DNA of 64,000 nucleotides, taken from Candidatus Parvarchaeum sp. GTDB lineage: Archaea; Nanobdellota; Nanobdellia; Parvarchaeales; Parvarchaeaceae. Below are positions 21,714-30,981 of this stretch, in pieces. The notes below the pieces were generated by a model that made no database searches, was not told where the DNA came from, and saw nothing but the letters and a program-made list of their open reading frames with translations. The position numbers and the translations under genes are program-made. The DNA lies in the NCBI GenBank assembly GCA_049965555.1, contig JBMFWF010000001.1, positions 64,001 through 128,000 of the forward strand, written 5' to 3'. Within the stretch, counting starts at the first letter, position 1, and each line of letters begins with the position of its first letter.

Positions 21714-21785
21714 GCCTAGGTGGCTCAGTGGTAAAGCGTCTCCTTGGTAAGGAGAAGATCGCGAGTCCGATTCTCGCCCTAGGCT
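21714..21785 (+). tRNA. tRNA-Thr(GGT)
   Basis: GCCTAGG/CCTAGGC acceptor; TCTCC-TTGGTAA-GGAGA anticodon arm; T-loop TCCGATT (atypical). Confidence 0.92.
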
Positions 21786-21840
21786 TTCTTAGCTATTAAA
21801 AATCAAAAAAGAAGGCATGCAATCAAAAATTAAAAATATC

Positions 21841-22248
21841 TTAAAAATTAGCGAAATAATCATTTACAAGTTCATTCTCTGCTTCATAAATGCTTATTTT
21901 GTATTCTTTTTCAGATACTTTTTTCTCAAGATCACGCAAGATAAAGCCCACTGTGGTTTTCATCACCAATCCTGGGCCAATTTCCTTTAGTCGTCTACCT
22001 ACTATGCCGCTACTGTAAATAACAAGGCCGTAATCTTGTAATATCTTCTGGACCTTGTCTAGTTCATTAATGTCATTAATGTAGTTATTTAAGTATCTCG
22101 AGAATTTCAACGCTCTCGATTCTCCTAATTCATTATAGAAATCCTGTATTGTTTTACTTACTTCTTCCGAGGTAAAATAACCCTTAGATCTCCACTTATC
22201 TGCAGATAACAACTTCTCTAATGTTTTATCTTTATACTTAGTTTCCAT
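21841..22248 (-). CDS. Hypothetical protein
   Basis: 135-aa ATG ORF, no recognised motif. Confidence 0.65.
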   Translation of the reverse strand: METKYKDKTLEKLLSADKWRSKGYFTSEEVSKTIQDFYNELGESRALKFSRYLNNYINDINELDKVQKILQDYGLVIYSSGIVGRRLKEIGPGLVMKTTVGFILRDLEKKVSEKEYKISIYEAENELVNDYFANF

Positions 22249-22282
22249 TACGTTTGTATTTATGTAAATTTTAAAATTTTAT

Positions 22283-22555
22283 TTATATTATATCTTCTTC
22301 GGCTACTACTACAAAATCCCCTATTGATATAACAGCACTGTATGGTATCTCTTCAAAGCCGTTTTCATCTTTCTCGAATTGAAAGGTATTAGCATATGAA
22401 GTGGGATTTTTTACAGATAAATAGACTAGTTCACCGGTTCTTACTTCATATATAAGGTCCTGTACTGTTCCTATTTTCTTTCCGCTTTTTCCCACGATTG
22501 TTTTACCAACTATGGTCCTTGCATCTATCTTCTCTCCCTTAGTTACGCCTGCCAT
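22283..22555 (-). CDS. PRC-barrel domain protein (CdpB-like)
   Basis: GKTIVGKSGKKIGTVQDL...TGEL...IPYSAV.SIGDFVVV; GGAGGT RBS. Confidence 0.88.
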   Translation of the reverse strand: MAGVTKGEKIDARTIVGKTIVGKSGKKIGTVQDLIYEVRTGELVYLSVKNPTSYANTFQFEKDENGFEEIPYSAVISIGDFVVVAEEDII

Positions 22556-22611
22556 AATCAACCTCCAGATAATTTTACTAATATTTTTATGTTAATATAA
22601 TTAACTTATTC

Positions 22612-23124
22612 TTAACTTAAAAAGCTTTTACCGTCATTAAAGAATATAAAATATCTGTCATTTTCAACGTAGCCACTTTCTATTGGATTTAAGCTACTTA
22701 AATCTATATTAGAATGCTTTAAAACAGATATTAACAAATGGCCGTTTTGAGCTGTCAGATCGAACATCTTCTTGATTATGCTTTTACGGTCCTTTTCTTC
22801 TATGTCTTGCAGAACGGTTATACAGAACAAAACATCGAATTTTTCATTTGAAACGAAATCTTGTATTCTTTTCTTGACAACTGAAACGTTCCTGAATCCT
22901 TTTTTAACGATTTCATCGGCCATGTCTGACGGTTCTAATGCAGTTATGTCATTTTCTAGTAGAATTGATTCAAGTATTCCAGTGCCTGCACCGACATCAA
23001 GTATTTTATCGCTGTCTTTTACTTTTATTCTTGATAAAAGAAAACGAATCTTACTTTCTTGCTCTCTTAAATAAAGCTTTTCATAGCTTTTGCCTATAGA
23101 GTTGTAGTAAGTTATTGAATCCAT
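22612..23124 (-). CDS. Class I SAM-dependent methyltransferase
   Basis: ILDVGAGTG motif I, FDVLFC; start MDSITYY directly after proS stop. Confidence 0.85.
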   Translation of the reverse strand: MDSITYYNSIGKSYEKLYLREQESKIRFLLSRIKVKDSDKILDVGAGTGILESILLENDITALEPSDMADEIVKKGFRNVSVVKKRIQDFVSNEKFDVLFCITVLQDIEEKDRKSIIKKMFDLTAQNGHLLISVLKHSNIDLSSLNPIESGYVENDRYFIFFNDGKSFLS

Positions 23125-23125
23125 C

Positions 23126-24559
23126 TTAATAGGATTTTGCAAAGTATGCATTCACTTTTGCATCATTGCCGCAGAATATGCACTTTTGATTTATTAACTT
23201 CTCATTTTCCAGAGGTATCAACCTTGAAGTAGCTCCTGTTTCATTCTTAATTTTCTCTTCGCATTCAGGAGTGCCGCACCAAGAAGCCTTTACAATATAT
23301 AAGCTCTCCTTAACTGCTTTTACAAACCTTTCTTTTGAATCTTCTTCTCTTATCCTTTTTTTGCTATCTTCTCTGGCATTTTCAAGCATTTTTTTGTGTA
23401 TTTCTTCAAGCTTTTCCTTTATCTTTTCTATTTCATTGAATGCGAGCAAAGACTGCTCGTTGCTTATCCTTGTTTTCAAGGACATATTTTTTGAGTCGAG
23501 TTCTCTTTTACCGACTTGTATTTTCAAAGGTACTCCTTTTAGATCATATTCATTAAGCTTCCAACCGGGGGAATATTCTTCCCTGCTGTCAAAAAGAACT
23601 CGTATTCCCATCTCCTTTAGCTTTGATTCTATTTGCTTGCAGTATTCTATAACATTATCTTTTTCATCCTTTAGTATTGGTATTATAACGCACTGGTAAG
23701 GTGCAATAAATGGAGAAAGGACAAGGCCTTTATTGTCTCCATGCACCAATATCATTACGCCTATTGAACGCATGGAAATGCCCCAGGAGGTTTGAAATGG
23801 GTACTGCAGCTCATTTTTCTCATCCAAAAACTTTATGTCGAAAGGCTTGGAAAAGTTCTGTCCTAGATTGTGTGAAGTGGCAGCCTGTGACATGAAATTA
23901 TTTGGCAAAACCGCTTCAACAGTATAAGTAGTAACTGCTCCTGCGAACTTTTCGCTCTCGCTCTTCCTGCCTGCTAAAACGGGAACTGCCAGCATATCTT
24001 CAAGGAACTGCTTATAAAAATCCAAGATATCCCTCGCGTTTTTATCAGCTTCTTCATCCGTTCTAAAAACGCAATGGCCCTCCTGCCATAAAACCTCTCT
24101 ACCTCTTAAAAGCAACCTTGTTTCCTTAGTCTCCCACCTGACCATAGTATTCCACTGATTTATCAGCAATGGCAAGTCCCTGTAGCTTTTTATCCACTTT
24201 GAATAGCTGTCATACATTATGGTTTCGGATGTTGGCCTTATTGCAAGCCTTTCATCTAGTTTAGTATCTCCTCCCATTGTTACCCATGCTACCTCTGGAT
24301 TAAATCCTTCTATGTGTTTTTTCTCTTTCGAAAGTATGCTTTCTGGTATTAACAGTGGAAAATATGCATTTTTTACGCCTATAGATTTAAATTTGCTATC
24401 TAAGTAGTCGACGCTCCTCTCCCACATATCATAGCCATAAGGCCGGTAGACTGCAAAACCCTTAACTGCCGAAAAATCCACCATCTCCGACTTAACTACC
24501 ACCTGATTATACCAGGAGATTAAATCGCTTTCTTTCTTTACTTCTATCGCTTCGGCCAT
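23126..24559 (-). CDS. proS: Prolyl-tRNA synthetase (archaeal/eukaryotic type)
   Basis: RPTSET, RWE, WQEGH, QTSWG, C-terminal Zn domain ending FAKSY. Confidence 0.97.
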   Translation of the reverse strand: MAEAIEVKKESDLISWYNQVVVKSEMVDFSAVKGFAVYRPYGYDMWERSVDYLDSKFKSIGVKNAYFPLLIPESILSKEKKHIEGFNPEVAWVTMGGDTKLDERLAIRPTSETIMYDSYSKWIKSYRDLPLLINQWNTMVRWETKETRLLLRGREVLWQEGHCVFRTDEEADKNARDILDFYKQFLEDMLAVPVLAGRKSESEKFAGAVTTYTVEAVLPNNFMSQAATSHNLGQNFSKPFDIKFLDEKNELQYPFQTSWGISMRSIGVMILVHGDNKGLVLSPFIAPYQCVIIPILKDEKDNVIEYCKQIESKLKEMGIRVLFDSREEYSPGWKLNEYDLKGVPLKIQVGKRELDSKNMSLKTRISNEQSLLAFNEIEKIKEKLEEIHKKMLENAREDSKKRIREEDSKERFVKAVKESLYIVKASWCGTPECEEKIKNETGATSRLIPLENEKLINQKCIFCGNDAKVNAYFAKSY

Positions 24560-24662
24560 TAATTTTTAATGGCATGTTAATTAATAAAGCTTACCGATTT
24601 TACAAACAAAAACTACAGATACAAAGAAAGTATAAAAACAAGTAATTATTTCTTCTATCTAT

Positions 24663-27386
24663 ATGTCAAAATATGAATTTGAAGAAATAGAAGACAAGTG
24701 GAGAAAAATATACGAAGAGAAAAAGCTTTATGAAGCTGACGCTGACGAAAATAGGGAAAAATTCTTTGTAACCGTTCCTGTTATGTATCCTGACGGAAGG
24801 CTGCACACAGGGCATATGTATACCTGGACCAGAGCTGACATATTTGCAAGATTTCAAAGAATGAAAGGAAAGAATGTTCTTTTCCCGCAAGGCTTCCACA
24901 TGACCGGCGGGCCGATGGCAGGGATGTCTCTGCGTTTGAAAAACAGGGACGAGAAAGCAATAAAGATAATGAAAGACCAAGGAGCAAATGAAGAAGACAT
25001 AAAGAGATTTGCAGACAATCCTTTAGAGTTGGGTTTATTCTTTGGAAAGACATACAAAAGCGACTTTAATTTAGTAGGAACATCGATAGACTGGAGAAGA
25101 AACTTTATACTGTCATACACTGAACAATATTCTAAATTCGTTGAATGGCAGTTCCGTAAACTAAGAGAACTTGGATATATAACACAAGGAAGCCACCCTG
25201 TTGTATGGTGCCCCAGGGAAAACACCTCTCTTGGTGACCATGACAGAGCTGAAGGAGAAGGAGAAAGCCCACAGGAATTCACCATAATCAAATTTAAAGC
25301 AGATAACTTAATACTTCCAGCAGCCACATTGAGGCCTGAAACGGTATATGGGGTAAGCAACCTTTGGGTAAACGACAAAGGCCAATACAAGAAGGTTAGA
25401 TTTTCCAATGGTGAAGAATGGATCGTTTCAAAGGAATTCACTGAAAAATTGCCATTTCAAAAGAACGTGGCAGAAAAAATAGAAGATTTTAATATTTCAG
25501 AACTTATAGGAAAAACGACAGTGAATCCAGTAAACAATGAAGAGATACCGATAATAAACGCAGAATTTGTGAAAACGGACAGGAATACTGGAATAGTAAT
25601 GAGTGTGCCGATGCATGCTCCTTTTGATTACATTTATTACAACAAGAAGAAGAAAGAAATCAAACTGAAAGAACCGCGCAAGATAATAGAGGTTAAAACA
25701 AACCCCAACTTGATGGAAGAAGCAATCAAACGCTTTGGAACAGCAGATGAAAAGGGACTTGAAAACGCGACTAAATATGTGTATAAAACTGAATTCAACT
25801 ATGGAATACTAAATGACAGCAATGGCCCACTAAGCGGAAAACCAGTAAAAGAGGCAAAAGAATATGCAATAGCGCTTATCAAAGATAAGAATGCTTACGA
25901 TAAATTCTACGAAACGTCTGGTGAAGTGATATGCAGATGCGGCGCTAAAGGGCTTATAAAACTTGTAGAGAACCAATGGTTCATAAGGTATTCCGACAAG
26001 CAACTTAAAGAAAAGACAATAGACTGGATAGAAAAAATGGATATAAGGCCTGAAGAAGCAAAGGCACAGATAATAAATGCCGTATATAACATGGAAGACA
26101 AAGCTGCAACTAGAAACGGGGGATTAGGTACCCCACTGCCTTGGGACAAAAACTGGCTTATAGAACCTCTCAGTGACTCTACAATCTACATGGCTTACTA
26201 TACTTTTGCACATATCATAAAAGACATGAAACCAGAGGAAATAACGGATGAAATGTTCGACTACATACTTTTGGACAAAAACCCTGACAAGAAATTCTCT
26301 GAAAGCATTGAAAAAATGAAGAAAGAATTTGAGTATTGGTATCCATTGGATTTAAGGGTTACAGCAAAAGAACTTATAACAAACCACATTGCTTTCTTCA
26401 TAATGACGCATGTTGCAATCTTCAACAAAGACAAATGGCCAAGAGGTCTCGGGATAAATGGGTGGCTTACTGTAAACGGAAAGAAGATGAGCAAGTCAAA
26501 GGGAAACACGATGACGATAGATTATGTGGTAAACAATTATGGGGCAGATTCCGCCAGATTGATAGCATCGGCATCAAACGGAATGGACGACGCTGCTTGG
26601 GATTTAAACAACATAAATGGCTTCAAGCAGAAGATAGAATTCATACTAGAGCTTACTGAAATAATCGATAGCTTCTCTGATGAAAGAAAACTTGTAGATG
26701 AATTCTTATTATCAAAAATAAACTACCTGATAGAAAACAGCGAAAAGGAATACAATTCAATGAAATACAAAAACTCATTAAATTATTCATTCTTTGAATT
26801 CATAGAAAACATAAAAAACTACATAGACTATGGGGGAAGTAACAAAGATACCTTGAAGTATGCAATAACTGTTTTTTCAAAACTCAACCACCCTCTGTTT
26901 CCATTCGTAACTGAGGAGATAAATAATGCTTTGAATAAAGGAGAGCTTTTGGAAAGGTACCAGAGCTGGCCTGAGGTAAAGGAGGAGTACAAAAATGAGC
27001 TTGTTGAAAATGAATTCGAGGTGCTGAAGCAGACTATAGCAGATATAAACAACCTTGTAAATCTGGTAAACAAAGATCCAAAGGAGATAATAATAGGGAT
27101 AGCTGAAAAAGAAAAATTTGATATATACAATAAAATAGAGGAAATAACCCATGAGAGCAGGGATTTAAAAGAAATAAGAAAGGAAGTTCCTGCAAACGAA
27201 TTCGTGAACAAACTACTCAAAAACCCAAAGAGGCTGCCAAACAAAAAACTTGACTATGAGCTTGAAAAGAAGGTCTTTATCGAATCTAAAAGCAGATTAA
27301 AAGAGATGTACAATACAGAAATAAAAATAGAGGAAAGCAGCGAGAGCAAGGCATTTCCTGGGAAGCCACTTCTGATAATAAAATGA
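24663..27386 (+). CDS. leuS: Leucyl-tRNA synthetase
   Basis: HIGH-like HTGH, DHDRAEGE, TLRPET editing domain, KMSKS. Confidence 0.96.
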   Translation: MSKYEFEEIEDKWRKIYEEKKLYEADADENREKFFVTVPVMYPDGRLHTGHMYTWTRADIFARFQRMKGKNVLFPQGFHMTGGPMAGMSLRLKNRDEKAIKIMKDQGANEEDIKRFADNPLELGLFFGKTYKSDFNLVGTSIDWRRNFILSYTEQYSKFVEWQFRKLRELGYITQGSHPVVWCPRENTSLGDHDRAEGEGESPQEFTIIKFKADNLILPAATLRPETVYGVSNLWVNDKGQYKKVRFSNGEEWIVSKEFTEKLPFQKNVAEKIEDFNISELIGKTTVNPVNNEEIPIINAEFVKTDRNTGIVMSVPMHAPFDYIYYNKKKKEIKLKEPRKIIEVKTNPNLMEEAIKRFGTADEKGLENATKYVYKTEFNYGILNDSNGPLSGKPVKEAKEYAIALIKDKNAYDKFYETSGEVICRCGAKGLIKLVENQWFIRYSDKQLKEKTIDWIEKMDIRPEEAKAQIINAVYNMEDKAATRNGGLGTPLPWDKNWLIEPLSDSTIYMAYYTFAHIIKDMKPEEITDEMFDYILLDKNPDKKFSESIEKMKKEFEYWYPLDLRVTAKELITNHIAFFIMTHVAIFNKDKWPRGLGINGWLTVNGKKMSKSKGNTMTIDYVVNNYGADSARLIASASNGMDDAAWDLNNINGFKQKIEFILELTEIIDSFSDERKLVDEFLLSKINYLIENSEKEYNSMKYKNSLNYSFFEFIENIKNYIDYGGSNKDTLKYAITVFSKLNHPLFPFVTEEINNALNKGELLERYQSWPEVKEEYKNELVENEFEVLKQTIADINNLVNLVNKDPKEIIIGIAEKEKFDIYNKIEEITHESRDLKEIRKEVPANEFVNKLLKNPKRLPNKKLDYELEKKVFIESKSRLKEMYNTEIKIEESSESKAFPGKPLLIIK

Positions 27387-27547
27387 AATGGACTTACTTA
27401 ACAGCAATAAGCTTTTTGACATTGTTAATAAGCTTAATACTCATCTTTATATTCCATATATTTATATTCATACTGTTTTTATTCTTTCCATTCTTTAGTT
27501 TATTCAGGAGAAAAAATGGAAAAAGGAAGCTTAAACAAAGGTTTTGA
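27383..27547 (+). CDS. Small membrane protein, 54 aa (not in ORF track)
   Basis: MKWTYLTAISFLTLLISLILIFIFHIFIFILFLFFPFFSLFRRKNGKRKLKQRF; ATGA overlap with leuS stop; basic tail. Confidence 0.6.
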   Translation: MKWTYLTAISFLTLLISLILIFIFHIFIFILFLFFPFFSLFRRKNGKRKLKQRF

Positions 27548-28325
27548 TATCATAGGGAATATAGCTATAGTCAAATTTGATGGAAAACCGACAAAAAATG
27601 AAAAGCTTTTAGCAATAAATGAAATTCTAAAAAGAAATAAGAATATCGATACAATATTTGAAAAAATAGGAATGACACATGGGGAAGAAAGAATACCAAA
27701 ATTAAGAAAGCTAATTGGTGATAAAAGCCTTGCTATATACAAGGAAAACGGCTGTTCATTTTATGTAGATGTGAAAAAAGTGTACTTTTCTCCCAGGATG
27801 GGAAGTGAAAGACTAAGAATCATAAAAAAAGTTAAAGAAGGTGAAAAAGTTTTGGACATGTTCTGTGGTGTCGGGCCATTCGCAATTCCAATAGCAAAAA
27901 AAGCAAATAAAGTGACGGCAATAGACATAAACAAAAACGCTATAAATCTATTAAAGAAAAACATCAAGCTAAACAAGGTTTCAAACATCGAATATTACTG
28001 CGGAGATTCCAGTAAAATAGTCAAAAAATTAGACGATAAATTTGACAGAGTAATAATGAATTTCCCCTTATCTGCTTATAAATTTCTCGGCGAAGCAGTA
28101 AAAAAATGCAATGAAAATGCGGTTATACACCTTTATTCGTTCATAAAAGACAGAGACACTAATGCTATAAGGAATGAAATACTAAAAGCATGCAGTAAAA
28201 GATTCAAAAAAATAAAAATAGAAGAACACAGGGCGGGGGAAGTAGCACCTTTCCTTGAAAGAATCTGTTTTGATATAACTTTAAGTGGAGCTAATCATTC
28301 GATCGCAAAAACTAATGAAAGGTAG
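27516..28325 (+). CDS. tRNA methyltransferase, Trm5/Taw2 (Met-10+) family
   Basis: FDIIGNIA, KENG, VYFSPR..ER, LDMFCGVGPF, DRVIMN. Confidence 0.92.
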   Translation: MEKGSLNKGFDIIGNIAIVKFDGKPTKNEKLLAINEILKRNKNIDTIFEKIGMTHGEERIPKLRKLIGDKSLAIYKENGCSFYVDVKKVYFSPRMGSERLRIIKKVKEGEKVLDMFCGVGPFAIPIAKKANKVTAIDINKNAINLLKKNIKLNKVSNIEYYCGDSSKIVKKLDDKFDRVIMNFPLSAYKFLGEAVKKCNENAVIHLYSFIKDRDTNAIRNEILKACSKRFKKIKIEEHRAGEVAPFLERICFDITLSGANHSIAKTNER

Positions 28326-28346
28326 TGAGCCACAATTAATTTAAGC

Positions 28347-29324
28347 TTACTTATTGTAGTAGGAATCCCATTTTGGAGCATAAAAATCAATTTTTGGGAA
28401 ACTTACCTTAAAACCGTAACAACTGTAAACCATTATATTTTTAACATACTTCAGAAGAGACCAATTCTGCTTTTTTATTTTATTAAGGACTATGTCTGCA
28501 GCAGAAAGAGACTCGAAAAAATGGTAAAGTTCCTCTTTCTTGAGTACCTGTGGAGCCTTTTCCGCCAACCAGATCTCGAAGTTCTTTGCTTCCATATCTG
28601 ATGCAAAGTATATCTCTGTATTTTCAATTTTACCAGAAAATACTGCTGTTATTTTTTCAAATATTGAATCATCGGAATTCCTAAATGTATCTAAACTTTT
28701 AGAATTTGTTATATATATTGTGTTAAGATCGGTTATTATACTTGCGATATTCCCCTTCGCTCCTTTTACAATACTGTCGATTAAACCCTCCTGTATTTTA
28801 AGCTTGTTGTAAATAACAAGCTTTAAGGCAAAAGCCTTCAATACTCTATTATTGAGTTTGTAAAATCTTGTAATTTCATAAGCTGAAAGATACTTTTTAT
28901 ATTTGCTGCGAAATATATCGCCTGTTTCTGATTCGAAGATTATTATAGAATCGCTCGCTATTGAATTTAGCTTCTGCAGTATAGAAGGATCGACTGACAG
29001 CAGTTTTTCAATGTCCTCGATGTAGATAACCTTCTTATTCTGCTCGAAAAGCGATTTAGAAACTGCAACTTTTTTTATGCTTTCCAGAATTAGAGAAGAT
29101 ACACTCTGTGTCTCATCAACCAATTCATATAGATTTATAACCTCAAATGTGGCGTTTATTTCATTCGCAATTGCCTCTGCCAAGAAATTTTTCCCCGTTC
29201 CGGCTGGGCCATTAAATACAAACCTTGACTTTCCGTTTTTTATAGATGTTAATACCTTTCCAGAGATGCTGTTTGAGTAGTTTTCTACAAACATTTTTAT
29301 CTCTGGCTTGAACAAGGAAAGCAT
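28347..29324 (-). CDS. rfcL: Replication factor C large subunit (short, divergent)
   Basis: P-loop GPAGTGKN, follows rfcS, C-terminal ADI...QNWSLLKY collar motif. Confidence 0.8.
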   Translation of the reverse strand: MLSLFKPEIKMFVENYSNSISGKVLTSIKNGKSRFVFNGPAGTGKNFLAEAIANEINATFEVINLYELVDETQSVSSLILESIKKVAVSKSLFEQNKKVIYIEDIEKLLSVDPSILQKLNSIASDSIIIFESETGDIFRSKYKKYLSAYEITRFYKLNNRVLKAFALKLVIYNKLKIQEGLIDSIVKGAKGNIASIITDLNTIYITNSKSLDTFRNSDDSIFEKITAVFSGKIENTEIYFASDMEAKNFEIWLAEKAPQVLKKEELYHFFESLSAADIVLNKIKKQNWSLLKYVKNIMVYSCYGFKVSFPKIDFYAPKWDSYYNK

Positions 29325-29326
29325 AT

Positions 29327-30268
29327 TTATTTAAGACTGGCCAAAAACGCAAGAAAGGCCTGAAATTGTATAAAAGGTGTTGCTCCTTCTACTATCCTAT
29401 AATCTGTCTCTGCAAGTTTCTCGAAAACGTAATTTTTTACTTTATCATTTACTATATCAGTAGTTGAGATTATGTTAAATATAGAGATTAAAAGCTCTTT
29501 CATATTTATACCACTGTCTATTATTTCCGAGAATATCTCCTTTGATTTCTTGAAATCCCCAGACAATGCAACTTTTAAACCTTCCATCGTCTTAGACACA
29601 TCCATTAAACCACTACTTTGTAGAACTGCTTTAGAGTCTATCTTTTTAGAAACATTTGAAAGTGACTGCATTAGATTAACAAGGGTTCTTAAATCACCTC
29701 TAGAAACATAATCCAACGCATCCATTGCTTCCTTGTCCACTTCCAATTTCTCGCTATCGGCAATCCTTTCTATAAACTTGTGCACGTCTTCTTTTGAAAG
29801 CGGCTGAAACCTTAGAATTGCACACCTTGACTGTAAAGGCTCTATTATGTTGCTTTGGTAATTAACGCTGAATATGAATCTACAAGTCGCACTATATTCT
29901 TCCATCATCCTACGCAGAGCCTGCTGGGCTTCCTGCGTTAAAGAATCTGCCTCATCAAAAAGAATTATCTTAAACGGTGCATCTATAGGCTTCGTCCTTG
30001 CAAATTCCTTAACTTTTCCTTGTATAACGCTTAGCTTCCTGTCGTCAGATGCATTTAACTCAATGAAATTCTGATCCCATATCTGACCAAACACTGCTTT
30101 TGCCAATACAACTGCAGAAGTTGTTTTGCCTACTCCTGGTGGGCCAGATAAAATCATATGTTGTATCTCTTTCTTTTCAGCCATTGCCTTTAATTTTTCT
30201 ACTATTTCTTTCTGCCCTATTATCTCATCAAAAGACTGCGGCCTATACTTTTCTATCCAAAGGGCCAT
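29327..30268 (-). CDS. rfcS: Replication factor C small subunit
   Basis: WIEKYRP, GPPGVGKT, ELNASD, DEAD, SRC motif. Confidence 0.97.
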   Translation of the reverse strand: MALWIEKYRPQSFDEIIGQKEIVEKLKAMAEKKEIQHMILSGPPGVGKTTSAVVLAKAVFGQIWDQNFIELNASDDRKLSVIQGKVKEFARTKPIDAPFKIILFDEADSLTQEAQQALRRMMEEYSATCRFIFSVNYQSNIIEPLQSRCAILRFQPLSKEDVHKFIERIADSEKLEVDKEAMDALDYVSRGDLRTLVNLMQSLSNVSKKIDSKAVLQSSGLMDVSKTMEGLKVALSGDFKKSKEIFSEIIDSGINMKELLISIFNIISTTDIVNDKVKNYVFEKLAETDYRIVEGATPFIQFQAFLAFLASLK

Positions 30269-30270
30269 AG

Positions 30271-30981
30271 TTAGATGTCTGCAAACAGCTCTGCAGATGG
30301 ATATATTGTTATACCTGTGGCCTTTATATCTAAAGGAATGTATTTGGTTAAATGATCAGTAGATCTCATTTTTATTATTCTAAGTGCTCTTATAAATGAG
30401 CTTTGTCTTTCAACCATATAAAGGGCTATGACTCCATCAGATGCAAATTCCTCCACTCCAAACGCAGAAAGCTTGTTTTCACCATAAGGCATCTCTCCTA
30501 TGAAAATTGCAGTGCAATTCCTTGCCTTTATTATGCTTGAAATCTCTATTATGGCCTTCCTTATTGACATTATATCCGAGAAGAACATCTGTAAGTAGGT
30601 TATAGAATCGATTATCAAGCGCTGAGCACCCATTGCATCAAGCTCCGAAGAAATAACCTCTTTCATGGAATCGTAATCAACCAAAGGTATAGTGACTATC
30701 TTTATTATGCCATTATCAATGTATTCCTTTAATTTTGGATCAAAAAGAGTAAACTGTGAAATTAAATCTTCCTGACTTTCTTCAAGCGTGAAATAAAGCC
30801 CTTTCTCACCTTTCTTGGCACCATCGGCTAAAAACTGCATTGAAAATGTGGTCTTACCCGCACCCGGCGTTCCTGTAAGGAAGATTACGCTATTTTTTGG
30901 AAATCCTCCTTTCAACGCTTCATCTAATCCAGGTATCCCTGTGGATTCTCTCTCGATGTCATTTTCGTTTTTCTTTTCCAT
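30271..30981 (-). CDS. Single-domain KaiC/RAD55-family ATPase
   Basis: TGIPGLD..L.GG, GTPGAGKT, TLEE, IIDS, DGVI, IIKMR. Confidence 0.92.
   Translation of the reverse strand: MEKKNENDIERESTGIPGLDEALKGGFPKNSVIFLTGTPGAGKTTFSMQFLADGAKKGEKGLYFTLEESQEDLISQFTLFDPKLKEYIDNGIIKIVTIPLVDYDSMKEVISSELDAMGAQRLIIDSITYLQMFFSDIMSIRKAIIEISSIIKARNCTAIFIGEMPYGENKLSAFGVEEFASDGVIALYMVERQSSFIRALRIIKMRSTDHLTKYIPLDIKATGITIYPSAELFADI

Noticed and set aside
11894-30268. Inteins in AtpA, RfcS or LeuS
   Set aside because: Lengths are normal and motifs are contiguous.
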